Shown in pieces: positions 43,477-54,480 of a DNA stretch of 64,000 nucleotides (its first letter is position 1; the number at the start of each line of letters is the position of its first letter). The position numbers were made by a program, and so were the translations under genes. The notes beneath the pieces were generated by a model. It saw nothing but the letters and a program-made list of their open reading frames with translations, was not told the DNA's origin and made no database searches. The stretch covers positions 992,001-1,056,000 of the forward strand of contig CAWIAD010000001.1 of the NCBI GenBank assembly GCA_963833985.1, read 5' to 3'. Source of the stretch: an uncultured Planctomycetaceae bacterium (lineage in GTDB: Bacteria; Planctomycetota; Planctomycetia; Isosphaerales; Isosphaeraceae).

Positions 43477-43820
43477 CGGCTCGGATCTCCTCGGGACAGC
43501 TTCACTCGCCGGCATTCCCGTGATCTGGCAGTGAGCACTAAACTCATTGTAGCCAGAATCGCGCCGGAGATCGACGTCTCCGACTCAGGGACTTGTTCAA
43601 GATCAAGATCAAGCCGTGCGCGACTACCGACCTGGGCACGGCAATCAGGACCGATGGCCGAGACCAGGCTGTGATGCATGGGCCCGGCTTGTTGCGGACG
43701 GGCTTTCCGTATCGGCTGCGCGTGCTTGACGCTACCGTTCGTGCTCCATTAGCATCATCCGCTGCACCCACCCTCCCGGCATGGGGCCTGGAGAGAATAT
43801 CGATCAGCGGGCAGATATTC

Positions 43821-44696
43821 ATGACTGAACCGGATACGGCGCGATCGATGGCCGGCAAGACATGCCTGGTCACCGGGGCCACCGCGGGGATCGGCCTGGT
43901 GACGGCACGGGAGCTGGCCAGGCTGGGAGCACGTGTGATCGGCGTGGGTCGTTCGCCGGAGCGCTGCGACGACGCGCGTCGTGAGCTTGGAGCGCTTCAC
44001 GGATCGCCGCCCGTCGAATTCCTGACCGCCGATCTGTCGTCGCAGGCCCAGGTCCGCAAGCTCGCCGAGGATATCAAGGCGGCCACGAACCGGCTTGATG
44101 TCCTGGTCAACAACGCCGGCGTCTTCTTGCTGGCTCGCGAGACCACCGTCGACGGCCTGGAACTGACCTTCGCGCTCAACCACCTCGCGAGCTTCCTGCT
44201 CACGAACCTGCTGCTGGACCTGATCAAGGCCAGTGCCCCGGCGCGGATCGTCAATGTCTCCTCGACAGCGCACCAGGGAGTCGAAATCGATTTCGACGAT
44301 CTCCAGGGAACTCGAAAGTTCAGCGGCTGGCGCGCTTACCAGCAATCGAAACTGGCCAACATCCTCTTCACCCGAGAGCTGGCCCGACGGCTCGACGGAA
44401 CGGGAGTGACGGCCAACGCCTTGCACCCGGGATTCGTTCGCACGCAGATCTTCCGTGCCCGCGGGCCGCTGGGCTGGCTCATCAGGCGCTCCGCGGACCT
44501 GGCGGCGATCTCTCCCGAGAAGGGTGCCCGCACGTCGATCTACCTGGCCAGCTCTGCCCTCGTGGATGGCCAGACGGGGCTTTACTTCGTGAACCGGAAA
44601 CCGGCTCGCTCCTCCCCCCAGTCTCAGGACGACGCCGCGGCCCGGAGGCTCTGGGACGTGAGCTGCCGGCTCACGGGTCTTGCCCCGGGTTCCTGA
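43821..44696 (+). CDS. Short-chain dehydrogenase/reductase (retinol-DH/WWOX-like)
   Basis: TGATAGIG, NNAG, VNVSS, YQQSK, LHPGFVRT. Confidence 0.93.
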   Translation: MTEPDTARSMAGKTCLVTGATAGIGLVTARELARLGARVIGVGRSPERCDDARRELGALHGSPPVEFLTADLSSQAQVRKLAEDIKAATNRLDVLVNNAGVFLLARETTVDGLELTFALNHLASFLLTNLLLDLIKASAPARIVNVSSTAHQGVEIDFDDLQGTRKFSGWRAYQQSKLANILFTRELARRLDGTGVTANALHPGFVRTQIFRARGPLGWLIRRSADLAAISPEKGARTSIYLASSALVDGQTGLYFVNRKPARSSPQSQDDAAARRLWDVSCRLTGLAPGS

Positions 44697-44711
44697 CCAG
44701 AAGATCCTCGC

Positions 44712-45236
44712 TCAACCAGATTCGTTCCAGAGCTTCTTCAGAAGCTGGATCTGCCCGGCATGGTAAACGTCGTGGGCTGCGATGCCGGAGATCATCTCGC
44801 CATGCGTATACTTGCTCCCTGTCTGACGCTCATGCAACCGGTCCGGCGGGAGATCCAGGACCGCCTGGCGGAGTGCCCGATGCTCGCTCTCGAGCAGGGC
44901 GACGTGACCCTTCCATTCCGCGGCCGCAAGTGGTACTGCGACGGGGAACCAGTTCGAGCCGGACATCGGGAACGAGCCGCGCAGATCGCCCCGCAGGCGG
45001 CGCCTCACCGTGTACTTCCAGTACGCGGCATGGAGCACCTGCTCGGCGATCGAGTGCCGATCAGTGCCGGGCCGCCATGCGGCTTGCTGGGCCGGTACGC
45101 CGCGGATCGACCCTTTCAGGTTCGGGCCGTGCCAGGCCTTCCTCGCGTAGCCTTCGTCCAGCAGGCGTAGCAGGAGGGACATTTCGGGAACAAGCGTGAG
45201 CTTGTGACTCGCGTGCGCTTCGGACTTCATGGCCAT
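44712..45236 (-). CDS. DinB family protein
   Basis: WHGPNL, HSIAEQVLHAAYWK, HDVYHAGQI. Confidence 0.88.
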   Translation of the reverse strand: MAMKSEAHASHKLTLVPEMSLLLRLLDEGYARKAWHGPNLKGSIRGVPAQQAAWRPGTDRHSIAEQVLHAAYWKYTVRRRLRGDLRGSFPMSGSNWFPVAVPLAAAEWKGHVALLESEHRALRQAVLDLPPDRLHERQTGSKYTHGEMISGIAAHDVYHAGQIQLLKKLWNESG

Positions 45237-45397
45237 GCCTTCCTGTTTCTGCCGATCGCCAGGCCGGTGGGCCGCTTGACCGTCCGGCGCGGGGGGACCT
45301 ATCATGAGTCGAAAAGCCGCCTCGAGCCATCTTACTTGACCTGTCCGGTCAAAGACGGCGGGGCATAAGGATGAGGAGGCAAGACGACGCTTTCGCC

Positions 45398-46612
45398 ATG
45401 CTAGCCACCGTCGAGTTTCAGGGCGAGCGGCTCGAGTTCGATCTCCGTGAAGACCAACTGGTCGGTCAGTGGGACGGGCCGGCGGGAATGACCGGCGACG
45501 TCGAGCTCGAGGCGGTCCGCAGCGCGCTGGAGCAACCGCTCCAGTTTCCGCCCGTCCGCCAGGCCGTCGTGCCGGGCGATCGAATCGCCATCGCGATCGA
45601 TCCCGCGATCAGCCCGATCGGCAGTTCGATCGGTCTGCTGGTGGACCTGCTGCGCGCCTCGGGCGTGGAGACCGGCGACATCACGGTGGTGATACCTCCC
45701 GGCCATCGGTTCGGCCCGGACGAACGGTTGCCGACGGGGATTGCGCTGGAGGTTCATGACCCCGCGGACCGGCACAAGCTGGCTTACCTGGCAGCCTCCA
45801 CCGAAGGCCGGCGTATCTACCTCAATCGCCGGGTCACCGATGCCGACGTCGTGATCCCGGTGGGCCGGCTCGGCTTCGACCCGATTCTCGGTTACCGCGG
45901 GCCCTGGAGCCTGATCTTCCCGCAACTCAGCAACCAGGAGACCCTGGCGGCCTATCGCCAGGCCCTCGCGAGCGACCCGCCAAAGCGGTCAGCGCCCCGG
46001 TCGAGCCTTGATGAGGCGTTCGAGGTGAGCTGGCTGCTGGGCACGCAGTACCACCTGGGTCTCGTCCCTGGCCGTGACGGGCTTGCCCGGGCGATTGGCG
46101 GGCTGGCCGAGTCTGTGCGCGATGAGGCGATCCAGGCGATCAATGGCCTCTGGTGCTACCGACCTGCCGCCCCGGCCGAATGCGTGGTGGTGGGAATCGG
46201 CTCCCTGTACGATCCGGCGGGCATCGACGACATGGTCGAGGGACTGGTCACGGCATCGCGGCTGGTGACTCCGGGCGGCAAGATCGTCGCCTTGTCCCGT
46301 GCCCAGGGAATCATCGGGCCATCCTTGCAGCGACTTTGCGATGTTGACGACCCGAAGAACGCCCCTGCGGCGCTCCGTGGCCACGATTCTGACACGGACT
46401 CCATTGCCGGCCGGCGGCTCGCCCACGTCCTCGCACGTGCCGACGTCTATCTCCACAGCGGCATCGACCGCCAGGTGGTCGAGGATCTCGGCATGGTTCC
46501 GATCGAAGCGAGGAACGATGCGAACCGGATCGTGTCCCGGTCCAGCTCGTGCCTGCTGGTCAGCCATGCCGAATTGACACGGGCCACCGTGGCCGGCGAT
46601 GCGACGCAGTGA
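45398..46612 (+). CDS. Lactate racemase (LarA/DUF2088) domain protein, divergent
   Basis: ALEQPLQFPP..Q.V.PGDRIAI, HDP, IYLNR.V.DADVVI..G, LVTPGGKIV. Confidence 0.75.
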   Translation: MLATVEFQGERLEFDLREDQLVGQWDGPAGMTGDVELEAVRSALEQPLQFPPVRQAVVPGDRIAIAIDPAISPIGSSIGLLVDLLRASGVETGDITVVIPPGHRFGPDERLPTGIALEVHDPADRHKLAYLAASTEGRRIYLNRRVTDADVVIPVGRLGFDPILGYRGPWSLIFPQLSNQETLAAYRQALASDPPKRSAPRSSLDEAFEVSWLLGTQYHLGLVPGRDGLARAIGGLAESVRDEAIQAINGLWCYRPAAPAECVVVGIGSLYDPAGIDDMVEGLVTASRLVTPGGKIVALSRAQGIIGPSLQRLCDVDDPKNAPAALRGHDSDTDSIAGRRLAHVLARADVYLHSGIDRQVVEDLGMVPIEARNDANRIVSRSSSCLLVSHAELTRATVAGDATQ

Positions 46613-47733
46613 GATCATCGATTCTCGATTCACTCTCGCCCCCGGCTGCGGGGGCTCTTTTCAGGACACCAGGCGCGCTCATGCGAGACTCCAAGGGTTA
46701 TCACGCCGTCCGGGAAAGTACCGCCTGGTGCGACCGATCGGACCGTTCCAGGCTCGAGGTGGCCGGGCCGGATCGGGCCAGGTTCCTGCACAACCTCACG
46801 ACCAACGAGGTCAAGAGACTGCCCGTCCACAAGGGCTGCGAGACATTTGTCACGAGCCCCCAGGGCAAGACGCTTGCGTACGTAAAGCTGTTAATGCGCG
46901 ACGCATCCATCCTCGTGTGCGCGGATCCGGGCGGGCTGGCCTTCGCCTTGCCGCATTTCCAGAAGTACGGAGTCTTCGAGGACGTTGCCCTCGAGGACCG
47001 ATCCGCGGAGACGTTCGAGGTCCATCTTGCCGGTCCCGGCTCGGAAGAGCCGATCCGCAGCCTCGGCGGGGAGCTGCCGGAAGCCGGCGATCTCTCGCAC
47101 TGCGAAACCGAGATTGCCGGCTGCCCGCTGCTGCTCTTTCGGGAATCGCCCACGGGAGTTCCCGGGCTGACCTTGATCGGCGATCGAAGCGGCGCGGAGC
47201 GAGTCGCCGAAGCACTCAGGGGATGCGGTCTGGCCGAGCTGGATCACACGGACTTCGAGGCGCTGCGGATCGAGGCCGGCACGCCGGTGTTCGGGCGTGA
47301 AATCAACGACAAGAACCTGCCCCAGGAGATTGGTCGCGACAACCATGCCATCAACTTCGTGAAAGGCTGCTATCTCGGCCAGGAGACCGTCGCCAGACTC
47401 GACGCCCTGGGGCACGTGAACCAGATTCTCAAGGGACTGCTGCTCGAGCCGGGCGCCGCGACCCCGGCCCCGGGGAGCTTGCTGGAGGCGGAGGGAAAGT
47501 CCGTCGGCACGATCACGTCCGCGGTGTTCTCGCCCGGCCGGAACGCACCGGCGGCCCTGGCCATGGTGCGGCGCTCGCATGCCCGCGCGGGTGCTGTGGT
47601 GAGCGTGCGCGAGCCCGGCGATGGTGCGCCGGCCAGCGCGACGGCCACCGTCTGCGACCTGCCCATGCCTGCCGCCGCCGGCCCGCACGGTCGCGCAGCG
47701 ATCGTCCCCTCCCGGCCCGATGTGAGTTTGTGA
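46609..47733 (+). CDS. ygfZ: YgfZ/GcvT-family folate-binding protein (start GTG 46609 or ATG 46681)
   Basis: GPDRARFLHNLTTN, LRIEAG.P, LPQE, signature KGCYLGQE. Confidence 0.88.
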   Translation: MRSSILDSLSPPAAGALFRTPGALMRDSKGYHAVRESTAWCDRSDRSRLEVAGPDRARFLHNLTTNEVKRLPVHKGCETFVTSPQGKTLAYVKLLMRDASILVCADPGGLAFALPHFQKYGVFEDVALEDRSAETFEVHLAGPGSEEPIRSLGGELPEAGDLSHCETEIAGCPLLLFRESPTGVPGLTLIGDRSGAERVAEALRGCGLAELDHTDFEALRIEAGTPVFGREINDKNLPQEIGRDNHAINFVKGCYLGQETVARLDALGHVNQILKGLLLEPGAATPAPGSLLEAEGKSVGTITSAVFSPGRNAPAALAMVRRSHARAGAVVSVREPGDGAPASATATVCDLPMPAAAGPHGRAAIVPSRPDVSL

Positions 47734-47811
47734 CGGCGGCCGGCGAGATCCTTCCTCGGCGAAGACGCCACGTGGCCCCTGGCCATTCCGACCCCCTGAT
47801 CCTGGACAACC

Positions 47812-50251
47812 ATGCGATATCCACGATATCTCTGCATTCACGGACACTTTTACCAGCCGCCACGCGAGAACCCGTGGCTGGGGATCGTCGAGGTGCAGGA
47901 CTCGGCTGCTCCCTTTCACGACTGGAACGAGCGCATCACCCACGAATGTTACGCGCCGAACACCAGGGCCCGGCTGCTCGACGGTCGGGGGCAGATCATC
48001 AACCTGCTCAACAATTATGCCTGGATCAGCTTCAATTTCGGCCCCACGCTGCTGCAATGGATGGAGGACGCCGCACCGGAGGCCCTGCGGGGAATCGTCG
48101 AGGCCGACCGGCTCAGTCAGGAGAGGCGCCATGGGCACGGCAATGCGCTGGCACAGGTGTACAATCACATGATCTTGCCCCTGGCGAACGCCCGGGACAG
48201 GCAAACCCAGGTGCTCTGGGGGATTGCCGATTTCCGCCATCGGTTCGGCCGCGACCCCGAGGGGATGTGGCTGGCAGAGACGGCCGCCGACACGCCTTCG
48301 CTGGAGGCCCTGGCGGAGGCAGGCATCCGCTTCACCATCCTGGCGCCCGGCAGGCGCGGCGGTGGCGAAAGATCGGCGAGAAAAGCTGGACGGAGATCAC
48401 CGACGGTATCGATCCGTCGCGTGCGTACCTCTGCCGGCTGCCGTCGGGCCGGTCCATCGTGCTCTTCTTCTACGACGGCATCATCTCGCAGCAGGTGGCC
48501 TTCGAGCGGTTGCTGGATCACGGCGACCGCTTCCTGGAGCGGTTGTTTCACGGGTTTGACGCCAGCCGCGAGCATGCCCAGCTCATGCACATCGCCACCG
48601 ACGGCGAATCCTACGGGCACCATCATGCCCACGGCGACATGGCCCTGGCGTTCGTGCTTGAGCGGCTCTCGCGAGATCCGGACGTCCGGCTGACCAACTA
48701 CGGCGAGTATCTTGAGCTGCATCCGCCCGAGTGGGAGGTGGAGATCCATGAACGAAGCTCGTGGAGCTGCGTGCACGGTGTGGAGCGATGGCGATCCGAT
48801 TGCGGCTGCAAGATGCGCGGCGACTGGCACCAGAAATGGCGCGCGCCCTGCGCGCGGCGCTGGACACCCTGCGCGAGCAGCTCGACCATCTCTTCAGCAC
48901 TCGCGGGCGAGTCTGCTTTGCCAACCCGTGGAGCGCGCGCGACGCCTTCATCGAGGTGATCCTCCAGCGCGAGTCTCCGGACGCCGTGCACCAGTTCCTT
49001 GGCAAGCACGGCCATGCCGATCTTGACCCGGTCCAGGTCAGCGACGCCCTGCGGCTCATGGAGATGCAGCAGGATGCCATGCTCATGTACACGTCCTGCG
49101 GCTGGTTCTTCGACGAGATCAGCGGCCTGGAAACCGTGCAGTGCCTGAACTACGCGGCACGCGCCCTGGCCCTGTCGCGCCAGTTCCACCGCGAGTTCGA
49201 GCCGGCCTTCGTTGACACGCTGGCCGCGGCCCCCAGCAACCTTCCCCAGCTCGGCGACGGGGCAGGAGTCTGGAACCAGGTGATCCGCCCCATGGCAGTG
49301 GACCTGGACCGGGTGCTGGCCCACCACGCCATCAGCCTGATCTACCACTCGGGCGACAACGCCATCGCCGGCCGGGTCTACTCGTACGACCTGGAAATCC
49401 TCGACCAGGAGATCCGCTCGCGAGGCAGTGGGCACCTCGCCGTGGGCCGGTTGCGTGCACGCTCACGGCGAATCTGGAACGAGGCGGAGACCTGCTTCGT
49501 CGTCGTGCACTTTGGCGGCCTGGATTTCCACGCCGTGCTCCGCGCCGAGATGGAGCCGGAGGCGTATCAGGCGTTGAAGCTGAAGCTGATGTCGACCTAC
49601 CGGTCGGAGTCCCTCGCGGAGGTGATGACCCTCCTGGGCAGCGAGTTCCCAGGCAAGGCTCATCGCCTGGATGATCTCTTTCGCGACGAGCAGAGACGGA
49701 TCATCGGCATCGTCCTGACCGACCGTTTCGAGGACTATCAGCGGTCGTTCGAACGGCTGGCCAACCAGGACGAGGAAGTGCTGAACCGGCTGGGGCGGTT
49801 GCACTACCCGATCCCCAAGCCGCTTCGCGCCGCCGCATCGGCCTATCTCGACCATCACCTCGAAGAGCAGATCGACCGCGTGGCGCACGGCGAGGAGACC
49901 ACCCTCTCCGGCATCGTGCACCTGCACGAGCGCGGCAAGGCATGGGGCTACCTTCCCGAGAGCTCCAGGCTTGAGAAGATCGTCGCCGAAGCCATGAAAC
50001 GCACTCTCGGCCAGATCACCGCCGATGAGGAAACAGAGCTGAACTCCATCACCTGCCGGATCGGTCTGCTGCTCGACACCTGTGCTCTGCTGGGCATCAA
50101 GCCCGACATCTGGCAAGTGCAGAACCAGTTCCTGGAAGCGTTCCTGGGCCTGTCCACGACAGGCGCCATGAATCCACCGTTGCGCGAGACCTTCGCCAGC
50201 CTGGCCACCCGCCTGAACGTCAGCCCGAGCCTGCTCGGATGGCGGCCCTGA
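47812..50251 (+). CDS. GH57 glycoside hydrolase with DUF3536 domain; 1-nt frameshifts near 48347 and 48847
   Basis: HGHFYQPPRENPW, SFNFGPTLL, PEGMWLAET, ATDGESYGHH, SWSCVHGVERW, MYTSCGWFFDEISGLE spread over three frames. Confidence 0.9.
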
Positions 50252-50553
50252 GAGACAGCGGCCCGTCTCCTGCCGGTGCCCTACCTAGTCCCGGACCTCG
50301 ATCCGCGTGTGCGGAGACTCATCCAGCAATTGTGCGTAAATGGGCACGCGCCGCAGCAGCTTGCACAGCCGCCAGGGAGGCCGGAAAGGAGCGTCGGTTT
50401 GCATGAGGTTACCTGCTTTGTTCTCCCACCCTGTCCCCGGGTCATGTCTGTACCTGGCGCATACCATGGGGTCAAGCACGTCCGCCGGGAGCTCAAGAAG
50501 GAACAAGGCTGTTGTTGCATAGATTCCATAGGTTCGGGCACGAAGAACAGTAC

Positions 50554-52797
50554 CCTACTTTCCGCACATCTCGCCTTGACTATCTCCTAATTTCCGTGTG
50601 CCGTCTTTCGGCCTGTCAGGTTCAAATCTCGTAGGCTTTGGGTATCCCCAGCAGGCGCAGGATCCTCTTCTGGAGCCGAGTTAACTCTGTGCTGAACACC
50701 TCAAGAGGGCGTTTCCCAGCCTTCAGGGAATGCTCTTGAACGTCCTCGTACAGGTCGATCACTTTTCGAGCCGTCGGGCGTCGGCAGGCCCGACCTTCGG
50801 AATACAGTGGCAGGCTCTCGATTCCCGCTCGTTCCATCGCGCGGCGGAGTTCTCGCTCCAACAGCGCCTCGACCAGCAACACGAAGAAGTACACGCAGAG
50901 CAAGGCCTGAATCCGACTTACCTCCTTCAGGTACATAGGCGCTACCACGAAGTCAGTCTTCAGGTGCTCGAACCGTCGTTCGATGGCCGGTTGCTGTTTG
51001 TAGGCCAAGAGCAGATCCTGCTCCGTCATCTTCGATTCGTTGCTCACCAGCGGGAAAATGCCATCACAGCGGGCCTCCTCATCCAGTCGCTCCAACTCAA
51101 TCCGATGCTTCAACGAGTAACGGAGCTTCTCCTCTCGGACGTACCGCGTGTCCTGTCCAGGCCGGCCGCGTCGCTCCTGGCGGAACTTTTCGGTGACCTG
51201 CTCCTCGATCTCGACCGAGATCCACTCGGTGACCTCACAGTCTCGGAGCAGCTCCTCGACCGCCTCGGCGACCTTGGCTCGACTGCGGTACCGGGTTCGG
51301 GACGAGGCGAGCTTGGCACGCAGTTCGTCCAGTCGTTTCAACGCCTTCTCCAGCCGGGTCAGCCGTACCTCCGCATCCAACTCGGCCTTGCGTGTGCTGT
51401 GATACCAGATCAGCCGGTAACCCTCGGTGGTCTGGCTCGCAGGTTTGCAGATCGAGAAGCGGTCGGTCAACTGTCCCTTGTCGTCGTACTTGTCGTGGGT
51501 CCATCGCCACTGGATCTCTCCCCGGAGTACGGCGCCGCGGAAGGCACCGTCCTCACTGCGAGTTCGCGGCAGCACGCTGAGGAACCGACCGCCGCGCTGA
51601 TGCAGATAGGCCATGTTCTCGGTGGTGGCCAGCTTGCAGTCGGCGATGTAGAGAAAGTCTCGGCGTCCGGTCAGTTGACAGAGCAACTCCCAGGTCTCCT
51701 GGTGAGAGCGGTCGTCGGTGGCGTTGCCGCTCTCGACGCGAAAGTGCACCGGGACGGCACCGTCGCCGGTCACGGTGAGGATGTAGAGTAGCTGCTTGAG
51801 GTCGGGGCGGTGGTCTTTGTTATGACCCCAGGTCACCGCCAACCGCAATTGTCCCCGCAGGGTTCGCTCCGCCTCCGCCGACTCGTAGTCACCGTGGAAA
51901 GTGATGGTGGTCGAGTCGTTGTGTAACTGGTCGAGGCTGACGTCGAATTCGCGTACGGCATGGGCCGCGACCTTCAGGGCCAACCCCGAGAGATTGGCGT
52001 CGAAGAGACGGTCGAGGGCCCGGCCAACTCGATCGTCGTTCATTGCGGCGACTTGGACATCGGACAACCCGAACAGTTTCGGCTCATGGCGGGCCACCCA
52101 CTCACCGACACCATAGAGTGGCTCACGCGAGATCAGCAGGTTGCGCAGCAGGACGAGCAAGGCCGTGGCCGTGGGGACCCGAGTGCGGCCGTCCTCATGG
52201 GGCAGGTGGTCGCAGAGAAACTCGCGAAGGCGGAGCCGACTCAGGAAGTGTTCCAGGATGGGCACGGCGGCAATCCGCCGCGTGTTGAGCGTGCGCGTGC
52301 GTCCCTTCGAGCGTGCCGTCTCGCCGGGTTGGCGCGGTCGTTGAGGTTCGTTCATGCGGATCATCTCCGGAGGGTTTGCAGCGAGTTGGCCGGTGTCCGC
52401 CGCCGGGCCTTCCAGGGCCGTGAGGGGAGCAGGCCGACCGCCGCAGGGCTTGCCGCAATGATGGCGGAGGAGATCGGGACGTCAAGGACAAAAAATCTTG
52501 TGATTCACTTATGACAATTTGCCTTGACGTAAGTTGTGAGCCGCTCAACTTACGCTCATAGCCCGTGTCACAAGTCGTCGCGGCGAGAATCGCGGCGCAC
52601 GGCTGGACATTGCCAAGTCATAAGACAAGGCGAAGAATGGCTCGAGTTCAGGAACGGTCCGGTTGGCGAACCATCTGAACCGAACAAGGTCCCCGTGCCG
52701 ATCGACTTGTAGATGTTTACCGACCCTGGGGCCGCGTCTGAGAAGATGGCCTCAGGTCGAATTCGGGGAAATCAAAGGGAGATGTGCGGAAAGTAGG
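50554..52797 (-). mobile_element. Complete IS1634-family insertion sequence (2244 bp)
   Basis: Perfect 19-bp TIRs CCTACTTTCCGCACATCTC (50554-72) and its reverse complement (52779-97); 6-bp direct repeats CAGTAC at 50548-53 and 52798-803. Confidence 0.93.
50622..52364 (-). CDS. IS1634-family DDE transposase (DUF4277 N-terminus)
   Basis: NDDRVGRALDRLF, LHNDSTT, GHNKDHRPDLKQ, GNATD, IADCKL, YK.Q..IERRF..LK. Confidence 0.93.
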   Translation of the reverse strand: MIRMNEPQRPRQPGETARSKGRTRTLNTRRIAAVPILEHFLSRLRLREFLCDHLPHEDGRTRVPTATALLVLLRNLLISREPLYGVGEWVARHEPKLFGLSDVQVAAMNDDRVGRALDRLFDANLSGLALKVAAHAVREFDVSLDQLHNDSTTITFHGDYESAEAERTLRGQLRLAVTWGHNKDHRPDLKQLLYILTVTGDGAVPVHFRVESGNATDDRSHQETWELLCQLTGRRDFLYIADCKLATTENMAYLHQRGGRFLSVLPRTRSEDGAFRGAVLRGEIQWRWTHDKYDDKGQLTDRFSICKPASQTTEGYRLIWYHSTRKAELDAEVRLTRLEKALKRLDELRAKLASSRTRYRSRAKVAEAVEELLRDCEVTEWISVEIEEQVTEKFRQERRGRPGQDTRYVREEKLRYSLKHRIELERLDEEARCDGIFPLVSNESKMTEQDLLLAYKQQPAIERRFEHLKTDFVVAPMYLKEVSRIQALLCVYFFVLLVEALLERELRRAMERAGIESLPLYSEGRACRRPTARKVIDLYEDVQEHSLKAGKRPLEVFSTELTRLQKRILRLLGIPKAYEI

Positions 52798-52883
52798 CAG
52801 TACGGATCCCTGGCGGATCGTTAATATTCAATTCATCACCGGCAGCGGTGAGCGCCCGTCGCGGATTCAAGGACCTTCGCGTG

Positions 52884-53831
52884 ATGAAACTTTTTCTCAG
52901 GCCCGAGCGCTTCTGGACGGAGATCGCCCGGATCGAAGGGTCGGCGATTCCCTTCGTCCTGAGGCGGACGCTGGTCTTCGGCTTCATCGCCCTGGTCGTG
53001 ACGGTCATCGAGAAACACCCGGCTTTTCCCACGGTGGCCATTCCGATGGCGCCGTACGAGGTCCTCGGCGTGGCGCTGGGCGCGCTTCTGGTCCTGCGCA
53101 CAAATGCCGGTTACGAGCGGTGGTGGGAAGGGCGCAAACTCTGGGGAGGAATCGTCAACCAGAGCCGGAACCTGGTGATCCAGGCGCTCTGCTATGGACC
53201 CGATGACCCGGACTGGAGGCGGAGGTTCGTGGGCTGGACCGCGGCATTCGCCCACGTCGCGCGGCGGAGCCTGCGCCACCAGCGCGGGCTTCCCGAGCTC
53301 GAAGGGCTCATCGGCAGCGTCAAGGCGCAGCGGATCGCGTCGGTCGAGCACATGCCCACGGCCGTGGCACTGGCCATCGGCCAGTTGCTCCGCGAGGGTG
53401 TAGAACTGGGAATGGACCGGCTGGCGTTCGTGCGGGCCGACGAGGAAAGATCCCGGCTGATCGACCATATCGGCGGCTGCGAGCGAATCCTCAAGACTCC
53501 GCTCTGCGAAGCGTACTCTATCGAGATCCGCCAGTTCATCTTCGTTTTTTTGCTGGCCTTGCCGTTCGGAATTCTCCTCAAGGTGGACTGGCTGACGCCC
53601 ATGGTGACGATGCTGGTCGCCTTCCCGATCCTGGCACTGGACGAGATCGGCGTCGAGCTCCAGAACCCGTTCAGCGCGGCGCGGCTCAATCACTTGCCGC
53701 TCGATCGGATCTGCGAGAACCTGGAAGAGAACCTGATGGCTCTGCTCGCCCAAGTGCAGCCGGTTCACCCGTTAGCCGACCACGAGCCCGCGCCGACCGC
53801 CGATCAGGCAGCAGGTACGGGACTGCCCTGA
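52884..53831 (+). CDS. Bestrophin family (YneE-like) ion channel
   Basis: LRTNAGYERWWEGRKLWG.IVN.SR, GGCERILKTP, ELQNPF. Confidence 0.93.
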   Translation: MKLFLRPERFWTEIARIEGSAIPFVLRRTLVFGFIALVVTVIEKHPAFPTVAIPMAPYEVLGVALGALLVLRTNAGYERWWEGRKLWGGIVNQSRNLVIQALCYGPDDPDWRRRFVGWTAAFAHVARRSLRHQRGLPELEGLIGSVKAQRIASVEHMPTAVALAIGQLLREGVELGMDRLAFVRADEERSRLIDHIGGCERILKTPLCEAYSIEIRQFIFVFLLALPFGILLKVDWLTPMVTMLVAFPILALDEIGVELQNPFSAARLNHLPLDRICENLEENLMALLAQVQPVHPLADHEPAPTADQAAGTGLP

Positions 53832-53839
53832 AGCACGGA

Positions 53840-54217
53840 TCAAGCCGCGATCGATCCCGGGAAGCGTCGTTCCAGCGCGGCCCTAAACTGGTCGACCCGC
53901 TTGAACAGAGTCCTGTAGGCAGACGGGATCCAGCGTGCCAGCCAGTCGCCGATACGGCGGAAGAGCCCCGGAGCCATGATCAGCGTTCCCAGGACGAAGA
54001 GCGGCAATCCGAACGGGACCGGTCCGGTAATAGCAATGATCGCCGCACCCGCGGCAACCAGCGCAATACCGAGCCCCCTGGGAAACCCGCGCAGCTTGAC
54101 TACAAGCTGCTGGCCGGGCGTGAGTCGCAAGGACGGGATGTCCCAATTGATCGCGAGACGCCGGAGGGAGCGCGGGGAGCCCTTCGATCGCTCAGGCAGT
54201 ATGGAAGCTCGCGGCAC
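53840..54217 (-). CDS. Small membrane protein, hypothetical
   Basis: Hydrophobic hairpin LGIALVAAGAAIIAITGPVPFGLPLFVLG followed by an amphipathic tail. Confidence 0.6.
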   Translation of the reverse strand: MPRASILPERSKGSPRSLRRLAINWDIPSLRLTPGQQLVVKLRGFPRGLGIALVAAGAAIIAITGPVPFGLPLFVLGTLIMAPGLFRRIGDWLARWIPSAYRTLFKRVDQFRAALERRFPGSIAA

Positions 54218-54480
54218 AATGCTCTCCCTTCAGTCAGGCATCATGAAAAAAGCATGAAGACGCATCCAGGAGAAGTTAGCAGCGTTTGTGCACTCGATGC
54301 AAGCCTCGATCTGTTTCATGAAAGGTTATTCTGAAGCAGGGCCGGCCCACCGGGCGCGGCTTACCCGACCTCTGCGGGATGATCGGGGTGCTACCTGAGT
54401 GCAGGCGAACTTTCGTACAATATCCGGGCCGATCCAGTGCAATACGACGAGCTGTCGCGGAAAGGTGACTCAGCCCTCCG

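Noticed and set aside
50252..50553. A gene disrupted by the IS1634 insertion
   Set aside because: Rejoining the flanks gives only an unrecognisable minus-strand frame running antisense into the bestrophin gene; no supportable product
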